Source of the DNA: Phallusia mammillata
Lineage: Eukaryota
Length of the DNA: 64,000 nt
Assembly (NCBI GenBank): GCA_965637545.1
Contig: OZ281499.1
Span: 4,402,001 to 4,466,000 of the forward strand
Direction: 5' to 3'
Under the pieces are notes generated by a model. The model did no database searches and was not told where the DNA came from. It saw only the letters and a list, made by a program, of their open reading frames with translations. A program made the translations under genes and the position numbers. Of the stretch, positions 25,707 through 38,602 are shown piece by piece (position 1 is the stretch's first letter; every line of letters starts with the position of its first letter).

Positions 25707-26937
25707 AAACTTTTGCAGAAAATGTCAAGATGCCCCAAAACGTATATTGATCTTGCATGATTCATTTTGTTCCTAAATGTGAAAATCTGTAAATAATAAT
25801 GTATAGCGGTTGTCAGTCTATTGGCGTCAAGCAAGTTTCAATTTTCCGGAATTTTGACCTAAAATCTGTGTTGAGTATTAATCCTAAACTGAGAACATGT
25901 TACACAATATTTAGGTGCAAAGGCAGCAAAACCAAACTTGATGAACATTAGCAAACGATTTTACCCTCTAATTGGTTTTATTGCATAAAAAGATATAGTT
26001 TTAAAAAAATGGTATGAAACCTTAAGAGAAAGTAGTCGAAACAATTTATATAAGTTAAGAATTTAGCGTACATTGTGTGGAATATGAGACGAAATAATTC
26101 AGAATCGCGAGAAAGGATTTCTTGTGTTTCGTCGTAAACACATTAGTGTGACGTCACACTTACCGGTCGCACTGCTGTGTGGCGACACCAAGCGACACAA
26201 AAGCAATGTATGGTTTTGAGATTGTTGTATGGTTGTGTGTCGAATGTTGCGCATTCCCTACCACCTACACACCCACCCTTTACCCCACTGGCTAGCGACT
26301 GTAAAGCGTCACTTACTGAGTTTTATCTTGTAGCCCTACCTGTTATCCCACTAGCATTCTAAAGTATAATAAACATTTAAGAATGTATGATTTTATTGAG
26401 ATTTGCACCCCTTATAGCCTGTTTATTTAAGCAGAATATTGATTCTGCTAAATAGCCGTGTTTCACTCCACATCACAATAACTTTAGTGAAATTACATAA
26501 TATGCTATTTTATTTTATAATAAGCCATAAAGGTTATGCAATAGCAACATATGCTAAGCCACCGTTCTATTTTTTGGAAACCATGTTGTGATTGTGTTGC
26601 AATAATGCTACCTGTGCCATTAGTTTCTGCCAAGCGAAACTGAAGTTACTTGTTTGATTTTCACCTTTGTTACAAAGGTCACAAAAGATATCTATTTCAA
26701 AAAGACTGGTGTTAACAATACGCTGTTAAACAATTGATATTTGTTCGAAATCAAAACGTGCAAACAATGTTTGATACCTGAAAAGGAAGTTACGGTGTTG
26801 GTTTGTGTACTTAACCTTAGAAACTGTGGAGAAGGAACTCATTCTGAAAGTGAGGTGCCATTAAAAGCAGTTGAATCAATTCAAACTTTAGTACAGTACC
26901 AAATTTTGAAAACAGACAAAAAGAGTAAGGCTTGGGA

Positions 26938-27924
26938 ATGAGCTTGTCGTTTCAAAACGTGCTTGATTTATTAAATATATCAATTGAAGTTGCTGATCAA
27001 GATTCTTTGGATCCACAAAGATTTTCAGAATTTAAAGGAGCATATCGAGAATATCTTAAGGACAGAGTTTCGTACTTTCGAAGCGAGGGAAGAGACATTT
27101 CTTTTGAAAATTTACAATTTTACAAAATTGAGATTGCTGATCTAAATGGAAAACAAGTCCTTCGAATGTTGATATCACTTTTAAACAACGAAGGGTTGAT
27201 AAAAGATGGAAATTGCTTTGTGTTTCTTACCAACAACGAACCAGATACTTCAATGACTGTGCTTTGCAGACATTGGATTGAGCTACGAGGCACTTTGATT
27301 GAATCGGATAAAGAAAAAGGAAATTGGTTTAAAGCTTTTGATGACAAATTATGTCAGAAAAGGCAAAATAACCCTAGTTATATTGGCTTGGATGACAAAA
27401 CTATCAAAAAGCTTCGTTCCACTTTACCAGAGGAATATATAAAATACATGGAGCAAAACATGGCTGATCTGCAACCGAAATATCGTCGATTGTTTTTTGG
27501 AATTACATACGAAATAGCAAAGTGTCACGTGAAACATTGGCTGAACTACGAACACTTGAAGGATTTACCCAGGTCATCTCTTATTAAGTTAGCGATTGAT
27601 AATGGATGCAGTGGAAAGTTGCAGGCGGTTTTTAACCACCATTTTTTACATGTTTCTTTTATTCGTAAAACAACTACAGATAGACAGGAACAAATTAGCA
27701 AAACTCAACAACAAAAAGCCGAATGGCGCAGAGAAGGAGCAAAGGAGATTATTGATTGGTAAGTCAAACTTTCATCAGCAGCAAAAAGTAATTAACACCA
27801 ATAGTTGATTATTTGTGTAACTAGTTTTGTCTGTCATAGGATTTTTCCACCAAACGCAGAAGGAAAATACAATGGTGAAGAAGTGAAAAAGGCTGCTGAC
27901 AAGATAAAGAGATTTTACGAATAG
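26938..27924 (+). CDS. Array family paralog 9, ~301 aa; module A
   Basis: Exon 26938-27758, 81-nt intron, exon 27840-27924. Confidence 0.92.
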
Positions 27925-28624
27925 ACCAATATTAAACCAATATGAGTTGAACTGTAGCGAAAAGACATGAGCATCGTGAATGTAACTAGCGAAGAAAAAA
28001 ACACTTAATTTTTTAGATATTTAAGGCCAAAGCGTTTTACCTTACAGTTTAATTTCCCCTACAATTTATTTCGTATATGGAATCAGCAAATTGAAACTCT
28101 TCATCAAAATGCGTGTGACAGAATCCGTTTTGTGCGTTTGATCTTTGCAATGACCCGTGTATTTCAGCTGTGAACTTTCACTCCTCGTCCCAACCTTTCT
28201 TGGTTTGCTGACCATTAGTTCGCCGCTTTGTTTATTTCATTATTTGCCCTGCTTTGTTGAATAAGTTTAATTGCTGGTTGTAATTTGTCTTGTAGTTGTG
28301 TGTATGTACGTCCGTACGTGACACAAAACTTGCATTGTAAATAGGCTTGTCGTTCACGACAAATAAAACACGCCTTTGTATAAATAAAAACGTCAGTGTA
28401 AATCTCTGCTAAAGGGAACCAGATGGAGAAGTAGAATTTTTTGATTGAAGCAACAATAAATTACGACAAAGATGTAACGCAAAAAGGCCGCTGTAGTCTC
28501 CAACAAGAACCACGAAAGAAAAAAAACCTCACGTCAGAACACTGACTTTCATTTTAACCAAAGGAAAAACAAACCTCCAGTAAGAGTAAGATTTTTTATG
28601 TGATTGGGTTGTCACGCACGATTG

Positions 28625-28663
28625 TGACGTCATGCACACCAGAGTCACTAGTGTATGACGTCA
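28625..28663. promoter_or_regulatory. Imperfect palindrome with a CRE at each end
   Basis: TGACGTCA-TGCACACCAGAGTCACTAGTGTA-TGACGTCA; homologues at 8378, 43356 and 45693. Confidence 0.55.
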
Positions 28664-28702
28664 TGTATAACAAATTTTCTGGTAAGATTCCTCTGTTACA
28701 AG

Positions 28703-29142
28703 TAGTGATGGGACAAAACCAGGTTTTGAAGCGCGTACCGATACCGAGTACGAATACCACATGTATATACCTTCGATACCAAGCACCGAGTACTTGAGTG
28801 TAGTGTTGTACTTAGCTGTATATCACTGGCTAGTTTATCTGCCATGGCCGGGGTAAAGGCATGCACACACACATGTAGGAAAATGTAATTTCCATAATTC
28901 TCCATCCATACAATAGCAAAAAAATGTGGGTAACCTGGCGGAACTTTTCCCAATTTTGTGCTGTCCGAGGCAAATACTGGCATAAAGTTGCCCGTATTCT
29001 TATGGTGTAAATCGGCCTTAGGTACTCACACGTTGGTATAAAAAACCGAGACAAAATATTTCGATACGAGTATCGATACCACTAAAATCGTTCGATACCG
29101 TCGATACCGAGTACTGAGTACCGGATATCCGTCCCATCACCA
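28703..29142. mobile_element. Non-autonomous hAT (Ac-type) MITE, 440 bp
   Basis: TIRs TAGTGATGGGAC / GTCCCATCACCA; perfect TSD GTTACAAG (28695-28702, 29143-29150); subterminal GATACC/TACCGA repeats. Confidence 0.9.
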
Positions 29143-29400
29143 GTTACAAGGGTCACAAATGGGATCATTTTCAGCATGACTGATGTTAACAGTACGCCGC
29201 TGTATGCTTGGCATTTGTACCTGACGACAACGTGATGCGTGACGCTAAAGTTACGGTCTTGTTTTGTGCGTTTGAACCTTGGCACCTGTGGATAAGGAAC
29301 TCATTATAAATGTGAGGTACCATGAAAATCAGTTAAATAAATTCGAACTTTGAAGACAGTACAAACATTTGAAAACGAAAAAGAGAGTTAAGATTGCAGA

Positions 29401-29464
29401 ATGAGTTTGTCGTTTGAAAACGTGCTTGATTTGTTGAACATAACCATTAAAGTTGGTGATCAAG
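29401..29464 (+). pseudogene. Truncated family start (MSLSFENVLDLLNITIKVGDQ) fused to a second promoter copy
   Basis: After 21 codons the sequence switches to the upstream spacer motif TTTTGTTAATCATCACGCAAG. Confidence 0.8.
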
Positions 29465-29854
29465 CCACGTTTTTAGTTATTTTGTTAATCATCACGCAAG
29501 CGTGGCAATCGCGTGACATGAGTTTAAAACTACCTGTACCACTGGTTTCTGCGAAGTGAAACCGAAGTTACTTGTTTGATTGTCACCTGTGTTACAAAGG
29601 TCACAACTGAGATCAATTTAAAATGACTGGTGTTAACAATACGCCGTTACGCAATTGATATTTGTGCGAAATCACGATATTGACGCTATTTGATAAATGA
29701 ATTGACAGTTACGGTGTTGGTTTGTGTGATCAACCTTAGAAGCTTTGGAGAAGGAACACATTGTGAAAGTGAGGTGTCATTACAAGCAGTTAAAAATTCA
29801 AACTTTATTACAGTACCAAAATCTGGAAACAGACAAAAAGAGTTAAGTTCGAGA

Positions 29855-31379
29855 ATGAGTTTGTCGTTTCAAAACGTGCTTGATTTGTTAAACATAACAA
29901 TTGAAGTGGACGATCAAGATTCTATAGACCCACAAAGATTTTCAGATTTTCATGGCACATTTCGAGACCACCTTAAAAAAAGAGTGGCATACTTTGAAAG
30001 TGAAGGAAACACATTTTTATTTGACGATCTTCAATATTACAAAATTGAGACTGGTAATATGAATGGAAAACAAGTTCTTCGAATGTTGATATCACTCACA
30101 AACAACGAAACTTGGATGCAAAATGGAAATTGTTTTGTTTTTCTGGTCAACAACGAACCAGATACCTCCTTTACAGTGTTACGCAGGTACTGGTTTGAAC
30201 TAACCACCGTTTTGTTTCATTCAAAACAAGAAAGGGGCAATTGGGTGAGAGCGTTTGATGACAAAACATGCGAGAAACGGCAAAATAACCCTCAAAAATA
30301 TGTCGGGTTAGATTCACAAACGATCAACATATTTCGCTCCAAATTATCTCAGCAATATGAGATGTATATGAACCAGAAGATGGCCAACCTGCAGCCTAAT
30401 TATCGTCGATTGTTTTGGGGCGTTGTGTTCGAAATAGCGAAGTGTCACGTGACCCACTGGAAAGTTTACAAACATTTAAAAAACTTTCCAACTTCTCTTG
30501 TCAAATTAGCACTTGATAATGGATGCAGTGGAAACTTGCAGGCGATTTTTAACGATCACAATTTGGATATTTCGTCCAAATCGAGTCAAACAAGTAGTAA
30601 AGAAGAACATATTGCGGAAGTCCACAACATAAAAGCCAAACTACGTTCGGAGGGGTCAAAGGTCATCATTGACAAGTAAGTTCAAGAATAAGAAGGGCAC
30701 AATCGGTGAAACAAATCACATTGAGTATGGTTTGTCTAAGCCAGGGAGTGGAACCGCTTGTCATATGGGTTCATGTTCGGTTCGGGTTCACTTGGTTTTG
30801 TTTTTAGGGGTTCGGGTTCGGTTCGGGTTTTTAAAAATATATGTTTTCGGGTTCGGGTTTTGTTCCTGTTTGGGCAAATTATCCGGTCCCAACTGGTTTG
30901 CGGTTTTTAAACCAGTTTAAAATTTTATTTATTTTAATTTAATTCTACCCATCATCTACCCGACCTTAACAAACTCCAAAAGAATTTTGCTGGTACACTG
31001 TTATTTTTGACACGCCCTATAAGTGTTATATCGCGTATTCTTCAGTGCGCTGTTTTGAACAAAATCACAAAATATCAAACAGACTGCATTTTTTACTGGT
31101 TCGGTTCCGGTTTGGGTCCAACGCCAAACGAAATACGGGGTTCAACTCCGGTTCGGGTTTTCAAAAAAACGTAATTAGCGGTTCGGGTTCGGTTCGGGTT
31201 TAATGAAATTAATCGCTCAAACCGGTTCGCGGGTTCGGGTTCAGTTCCGGTTCGACTCCCTGGTCTAAACTCTAAACTTTTCTGTTTATCGCAGGATTTT
31301 TCCACCGAATGCTGAAGGAAAGTATGATGGTGACAAAGTGAGACAAGTTGCTGATGCGATAAAGAGATTTTATGAATGA
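29855..31379 (+). CDS. Array family paralog 10, ~301 aa; module C; MITE in intron
   Basis: Exon 29855-30675, 619-nt intron, exon 31295-31379. Confidence 0.9.
30742..31262. mobile_element. Non-autonomous hAT MITE, 521 bp, intronic
   Basis: TIRs CAGGGAGTGGAACCG / CGGTTCGACTCCCTG; TSD GTCTAAGC / GTCTAAAC; many GGTTCGG subterminal repeats. The empty site GTTTGTCTAAACTC is present in the paralog-6 intron (~18136). Confidence 0.9.
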
Positions 31380-32785
31380 GATATCAAATACTGTGTGAAC
31401 ATTTCGTGCTATTAAACATTACGTTGCAGTTAAATTCTTCCTCTTATTGCGAATTATAGCTAATGAATAATCTTGTAACGATCTATATATTAATGTTGGT
31501 GTAGAATTGTGTGTGTAAATACGACACATTTATACTGTAGATAAATGTAACGCTTTTGTGCTAAATAAAACATATTTTTTGACAGTTGAAATGTCTATGT
31601 TAAAGCCAAAAGCGGAACAAACCAAATTTGTAGGGAATCAATAAGTAAAAAAGTAATAAAGTTGCAGCAGTTTCAAACCAAATACTTCAACAAACAAAGT
31701 TTCACATTGAGAATTACTTTAACGTCACCCGAAAGGGAATATCCCGTCGGTGTGAGTCAAGTTCTCTTATGGTGCTTGTCGCCTACTGTTGTGGCGTCTC
31801 ACATAAAAGAATCACTTATGCGTGGCGACAGCAAGCGAAATTCAATCGATTTGTTGGTCCTATTTTAAACACAAAGAGTTAATTCACACAAATCATGCTC
31901 CTAAATTCCTTTCATGCATTTAAGTATAAGAGATAGCTCCCTGGAAGTTCTAAATTATAAGCACATAAAACTGCTATTCAAGTTAGCAGTACAACAAAAA
32001 AAAAAAAAACGTTGTGAACCGAAAAAAAACCATACGATGCAGGTTTGGAAGATGAAATTTTTTGATACCAACCAAGTTGTTGTTTAACTAATTGTTTTGA
32101 ACATGGCAAATATTCCCTTCCACGCATTTAATTAAAACCACTTTGAATTTGCCGTTTCTTTCATAACCGATAAAATTCAAGAGGTTGTAGAAGCGGACAC
32201 CCCACAAATGACAAAAACGCAGCTCTCGTAGATGTGACCAAGCAAATCATCCAAACGGGAGCTAAAACTTAACTACAGGTGGGTAAATGATGTGTGTTGC
32301 GAGAATAAAGCAAACATTTTAAGTGAAGCTTGTCATGCACGAGACTGTATAGAGCTACATTCGCGTCTTGTTAATTTGGCGTAGCTAAGACTATATTTAG
32401 AACTGCAAAAATCTCGTTACAGACCGGTTCATCGTATGAGGTGCTTGATTGTAATGAACACTATGCCACTGTAACTGACAATTACAATCGTAGACAAACT
32501 TTCAGTTACAGATACACGTCATTTTTCTAGGTGGAAACAATACTAATGAGGAATGTTGCATTTGTTTAGCATAAACAATGGTGTTCCCAAAGAGAGATAA
32601 AAAAATAGAAAAGCTACATTAGTCAATAGTAGGTTTAGTATGAAGTTGAAATCTGTTGCAGGTGATAAACCACTGTGGTTTTAGGCAACAAATCGACCGA
32701 ACGTAATTTTCCACCATGTCGGTTAGCTAGTACCTGTAACACAAGGGACGACCAGTTTAAATTCAGCAGACCAAACACAACTGTA

Positions 32786-32799
32786 ACGTCACGTGACGT
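32786..32799. promoter_or_regulatory. Perfect 14-bp palindrome ACGTCACGTGACGT (CLEAR/E-box core plus CRE half-sites)
   Basis: Lies ~235 bp upstream of ATG 33033; identical at 56236-56249. Confidence 0.5.
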
Positions 32800-33032
32800 A
32801 GTTTGTTAAGGTGATATGTCAACCATATATGATTCAACTGTTTGTGTCAATATGCGTGTCGCGTAATTGGATATGCACTTATTGTAAGTCATACTATACG
32901 AACGATGCAGCTTTTGTTCGATTTTAGCTTAATCGCAGGGAGCACAAGGTTTCTACACCTGTATGTTGATCATTACACCTGAGGCAGACATTGGAAACAT
33001 ATAACTTTAATAAAGGAAAAACAAGTTACAGA

Positions 33033-34149
33033 ATGAGTTCGTCGTTTGAAAACGTGCTTGATTTATTAAATTTCACTATTGAAGTTGGAGACCGAGATTC
33101 TGTGGATCCACAAAGATTTTCAGATTTTGAAGGAAGGTTTCGTGACGAACTGGAAAAAAGATTCAAATCATTTCAAGATGAAGGAGCAACATTTTCTTTT
33201 TCACATTTTCAATATTACAAGATTCAGATTGACAATCTCCATGGAAAACAAGTTCTTCGAATGTTGATATACCTCACAAACAACGAAATTTGGATGCAAG
33301 ATGGAAATTGCTTTGTGTTTCTTGTCAACAACGAACCAGATACTTCACTGACTGTGCTTCGCAGTTATTGTTGGTTTGAACCTAGAAGTGTTTTGGCTAA
33401 GTCTGGAGAAGAAAAAGGAAGACACGCAAGAGCATTTGATGACAAAACATGTTACAAGCGCCAAAAGATAGCTGACTTTGTCGGCTACGATTCACAAACA
33501 CTTGAAAATTTTCGCTCCACATTACCTGAGCAATATGAGATATACATGCAACAGACGATGTCCAATTTGGAACCAAAGCATCGTCGGTTGTTTTTTGGAA
33601 TTGTGTTCGAGATAGCAAAGTGTCACGTGAGACATTGGAAAGTTCACAAACATTTAAAACACTTCCCAACAGCCTCCCTTGTCAAATTGGCACTTGATAA
33701 TGGATGTAGTGGAAAGCTGCAACCGGTTTTTAACGAACATAATATTCTGAAAGATTTGTTTAAAGAAATCAGCAAACAGCTGAGTGAAGAAGAAAGAGTT
33801 TCTGTCTACCATGCTCGTAAAGATGAACTACGAAAAGAAGGAGCAAAGTTAATTATTGACAAGTAAGTTTTCTGCCTTCTGTTTGAAATAGTCACCATTA
33901 GTGAAATGCTAGCTATGCAAATCGGATATAACAGCATAAAAGCAACTGGCACACACATTAGGTCCAAAAATGGCTTTAAAACGTACCTTTTTTATTTTTT
34001 TGCTTCTATATTATTAACACGAGACACATTGTTTTCGCAAACACAATTCCTGTTCTCGTTTCAGAATTTTCCCACCAACTGCTGAAGGAAAGTACGATAA
34101 AAGTAAAGTGACGAAAGTCACTGATGAGATGAAATCATTTTACTTGTAA
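33033..34149 (+). CDS. Array family paralog 11, ~304 aa; 'SSSFEN' N-type, module D
   Basis: Exon 33033-33862, 202-nt intron, exon 34065-34149. Confidence 0.92.
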
Positions 34150-34686
34150 AAACTTTTGCAGAGAATGTCAAGATGCCTCAGAACATATATTGATCTCGAT
34201 TTATTTGTTTCTAAACGTGTAAATCTGTAAATAAATAATGTATAGCGGTTGTCAGTCTATTGGCGTCAAGCAAGTTACAATTGTCCGGAATTTCGACGTA
34301 AAATCTGTGTTGAGTATTATTCCTAAACTGAGAACATGTTACAATACATTTAGCGACAAAGGCAGCAAAAAAAAACTTGATGAACGTTAGCAAACGATTT
34401 TCCTCTCCAATCGTTTCATTGCATCAAAAAAAAATAGTATTAAAAACTGGTATGCAACCTACAGAAAAAGTTATTGAAACAAATATTAAACGTTAAGGAT
34501 TTAGCGTACATTGTGTGGAATACGAGACGAAATAAATCAGAACAGCAAGGGATTTCCCCCTTAACGTGAGAAAGGTTTTCTTGCGTTTCGTCGTTCAAGC
34601 ATCGATGTGACGTCACGCTTACCAGGCGCACTGCCCTGTGGCGACACCTAGCGACACAAAACCAAGGTTATGGTAATGGTATAGTG

Positions 34687-34996
34687 CAGGGGTCGGCAAC
34701 CCCTGGCACACGTGCCAAGGTTGGCACGCGAGGTGGTATTTCATGGCACGCCAACCGGTTTGCGTGTTATATTAAAGTAAAAATTTAACCTGTTACAATG
34801 CTTGTTTGTAGTTTTTATCATGCCATTATCTTAAAATTCAGCCTTACATGCAAAAAAACACTCTGCTTTCTCTTTATCATTAATATTTGTTGGCACGAAC
34901 CAGTATTATTTGGAAAAACGTTGGCACGCGAGGTCATTAACACATGGAAATAACAAGTAAATTGGCAAGCGTCGCCTAAAAGGTTGCCGATCCCTG
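34687..34996. mobile_element. Non-autonomous hAT (Charlie/Buster-type) MITE, 310 bp
   Basis: TIRs CAGGGGTCGGCAACC / GGTTGCCGATCCCTG; perfect TSD GTATAGTG. Confidence 0.92.
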
Positions 34997-36111
34997 GTAT
35001 AGTGTGTCGATTGTTGTGTATTACCTATACACCCACGCTATTACCCCACTGACTCTCTAAATTTTAAAGGAATCGTACCATGTGTAGACTAAGCCATTGT
35101 ACATTTGTAGACTAAGCCATTGTAAAGCGTTACTTACTGAGTTTCATCTTATAGCCCTACCTGTTTTCCCATTAACATCCTAAAGTAGAATAAACATTTA
35201 AGAATGTCTTATTTTATTGAGATTGGCACCCCTTATAACCTGTATATTTAAGCAGAATGGTAAATGCTAAAACTTTTTATAATAAGCCATAGTGTACGAC
35301 TGTACCTTCAATTGCTACTTATGCTAAGCAACCTTTTTAGATATTTTGTTAATCATTACGCAAGTGTGACGACCGCGTGACATTGGTTACCTGTGTCACA
35401 GTTTTTGCGAAGTGAAACTAAAGTTATCACTTGTTAGATTGTGACCTGTGTTACAAAAGTCGTAATAGGAATCATTTCAGCGTGACCCATGTTGACAATA
35501 CGCCGCTACACGATTGGTATTTGCGCGAAATTACCGTAGCGGCTATGGAGAAGTAACTCATTCTGAATGTTTGTAACAAGCAGAGTCAGTTGAACAAAGT
35601 ACAACACAAAAATTTGAAAAACAAAACAAAGAAAAAGACAAAAGAGTTAAGTTTACAGAATGAAGTTGTCGTTTTAAAATGTGATGTAAAGCATCAATAT
35701 TGAAGGTCAAGATTCTGTAGGTTAAGCGCAGGTTTAATGGAATGTCACGAGACATTTCAAGACTATCAAGAAAAAATTTGCACATTTTCAAATCAGGAGA
35801 AGAACGTTTTCTTTGCAATTGTCCAATATAACTAAATTGATATTAGTAATCTTATCAAATATAGCTTTAATCAGCTGAAATCTGTCAGCAATACAAAAGC
35901 ACTGTTTCGAAAAGTGGTTGGCTTTATAATCCAATTGAGCAGTGTTACGCTTTGGCGGGATGTTAATTAATCCATCAACTGTAACTTAAAGTTTATGGTC
36001 AAATAGTTTATTATTTGACAGCCTAAATCTCACCAAACGTTTAAATTCTAGGATAAGTGAAATCCAAACGTTTGTAGACATAACTTAACGAAACCACACT
36101 GACACGTAAAA

Positions 36112-37426
36112 ATGAGTTTGTCATTTGAAGAAGTCCTAAACTTGCTAAGCATCACTGTTGAAGTAGACGACGACGATTTTCCCAACATTCAGGAGATGCT
36201 CAACTTTGAGGGACAATTTAGGCAGTTTCTGGAAGGAAAACTACAGCACTACCTAAAAAAAGGAAAAGTGACACAACTTTTCAATTTTGAATATTACAAA
36301 ATTGAAATTGGCGAGTTAAACGGAAAACAAATTCTTCGAATGTTAATATCACTAACAAACAACGAGGAGTTGATGAAAGATGGAAATTGTTTTGTGTGCT
36401 GTGTAAACGATGTCGGAGAAAATGCAATTATTGTATTCTCAAAATATTGCATTGAGCCTAAAGGGGCTGTTGCAGAGAACAAAGGGGAGCGAGGAAACTG
36501 GTCTAAGGCATTTGATGAAAAAACATGCATCCTACAACGCAGAAATCCAAAATATCTTGGTTTAGACAAACAAACAATCGAACAGTTTCGTTCCACTTTA
36601 TCAGAGCAGTACAACAGCTTTTTGTCAACAAAAATGGCGGATTTGCAACCACAATATCGTCGGTTGTTTTTTGGAGTTGTATTCGAAATAGCGAAGTGTC
36701 ATGTGAGGCATTGGGAAGTTTACAAACATTTAAAACACTTTCCAACTGCTTCTCTTATCAAATTGGCAATTGATAATGGATACAGTGGAAAGTTGCAGGC
36801 CGTGTTTAACGACCATGACATCATGAAAGATTTGTTTGATGAAATCAATCCACAGCTTTGCACAGAAGAAAGACTTTCTGTCTACCATGCTCGTAAAGAT
36901 GAACTACGAAAAGAAGGAGCAAAGTTAATTATTGACAAGTAAGTTTGTTACCTTCTGTTGCAAAAAGTCACAATGCTAACTCGGATGTAACAGCATAAAG
37001 GTAACTGACACACACGTTAGGTTAAAAAATGGCGTTAGAATGTAGCATTTTTTAGTTGTTTTTTCATATACTCCCAACATGAGACATATTGAGATTAGAA
37101 GCCCAATCATTTTTTTGATATCGCGCGGTGTTTTCGTGGCGTTGTGACGTGCTTGCGTTTCATTCTTTTTTCCTTTGTTTATCGTGCACTGTACTAGTCG
37201 CATTCAGTGTTATTTACCCTGATGAAGACGACCTGTATAGGACGTCGAAACGTCGGAATAAAATTACATTTGCCAGAAGAGCTCTACAAACTTGATGAGA
37301 CATATTGTTTTCGCAAACGAACATTTCCTTTCTCGTTTCAGAATTTTCCCACCAACTGCTGAAGGAAAGTACGATAAAAGTAAAGTAAGTAAAGTCGCTG
37401 ATGAGATGAAATTATTTTACTTGTGA
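36112..37426 (+). CDS. Array family paralog 12, ~303 aa; EEVL N-type, module D; intron carries the ribozyme insert
   Basis: Exon 36112-36938, 403-nt intron, exon 37342-37426. Confidence 0.92.
37092..37294 (+). mobile_element. 203-bp retroposon-like insertion (Penelope-like/retrozyme remnant)
   Basis: Flanked by a 13-bp direct repeat ATGAGACATATTG (37079-37091, 37295-37307). Absent from the homologous introns of paralogs 5, 7, 11 and 16. Confidence 0.8.
37210..37261 (+). ncRNA. Minimal type I hammerhead ribozyme
   Basis: CUGAUGA (37219-25), extra A, stem II GACG/CGUC capped by CCU-GUAU-AGG, GAAA (37247-50), palindromic stem III ACGU, cleavage triplet GUC (37252-54), stem I UUAUU-(UA)-CC / GG-AAUAA. 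Confidence 0.75.
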
Positions 37427-38602
37427 AAACAAGATGCCCAAGAACGTATATTGATGTTTTTCGATTAATTCTGTTCCTAAATGTGTAAATCTGTAAATAA
37501 ATAATGTATAGCAATTGTCAGTCTATTGGGGGAAGCAAGTTACAATTGTCCGGAATTTCGACGTAACATCTGTGCTGAGTATTAATCCTAACCCGAGAAC
37601 ATGTTACGCAATGTTTACTTGCATAGGCAGCAAAACCAAACGATTTTCCCCTCCAAAGGTTTTATTGCATCAAAAATGATATAGTCTTAAAAATAGTATG
37701 CAACCATGCGAGAAAGTAGTTGAAACAATTCATAAACTTCATGCATTTAGCGTACGTTGTGTGGAATACGAGACGAAATAAATCAGAGCCGCAAGGGAAT
37801 TCCCCCTTAATGTGAGAAAGGTTTCTTTGTGTTTCTTTGTTCACGCATCGATGTGACGTCACACTTACAGGACGCACTACCGTGTGGCGAAACCAAGCGA
37901 CACAAAACCAATGCATGGTTTTGATTGATGTTGGGTTGTGTGTCGAATGTTGTGCATTACCTACCACCTACACACCCACCCTTTACCCCCCAGGCTATCT
38001 AAATTTTAAAGGAATCGTACAATTTGTAGACTAAGCCACTGCAAAGCTTCACTTACTGAGTTTCATCAAGTACAATAAACATTTAATAATGTATGATTTT
38101 ATTGAGATTTGCACCCCTTATAGCCTGTTTATTTAAGCAGAATATTAATTCTGCTAAATAGCCGTGTTTCACTTCATAATAAGCCATACAGTTTATGCAA
38201 TAGCAACATATGCTAAGCCACCTTTCTATTTTTTTGAAACCATTACGCAAGTGTGGTGATCGTGTTACAAAGATGCTACCTGTACCACCAGTTTCTGTCA
38301 AGCGAAACTGAAGTTACATTAATGATTGTCACCTCCGTTACTAAGGACATAGAAGATATAATTTACCAAATGACTGGTGCTAACAATACGCGTTACACAA
38401 TTGATATTTGTGCAAAATCACGATATTGACGCTATTTGATAAGTAAATTGACAGTTAAGGTGGTGGTTTGTGTACTTAACCTTAGAAACTGTGGAGAAGG
38501 AGCTCATTGTGAAATTGAGGTGCCATTAAAAGCAGTTAAATAAATTCAAACTTTAGTACAGTACCAAAATTGGAAAACAGACAAAAAGAGTTAAGTTCGA
38601 GA

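Larger units (their letters stand above)
31885..37380. repeat. ~5.5-kb segment duplicated at ~54985-60830 (two genes plus spacers)
   Basis: Paralogs 11/12 match 18/19 almost base for base, including the 310-bp MITE and the ribozyme insert (offset ~23.44 kb). Confidence 0.9.

Noticed and set aside
29690-29854. N-terminal extensions in the ORF track (269, 26932, 29690, 32991, 38570, 56441)
   Set aside because: They begin at TTG or non-conserved codons in promoter sequence. The ATG of MSL/MSS/MIL is the position aligned across all copies.
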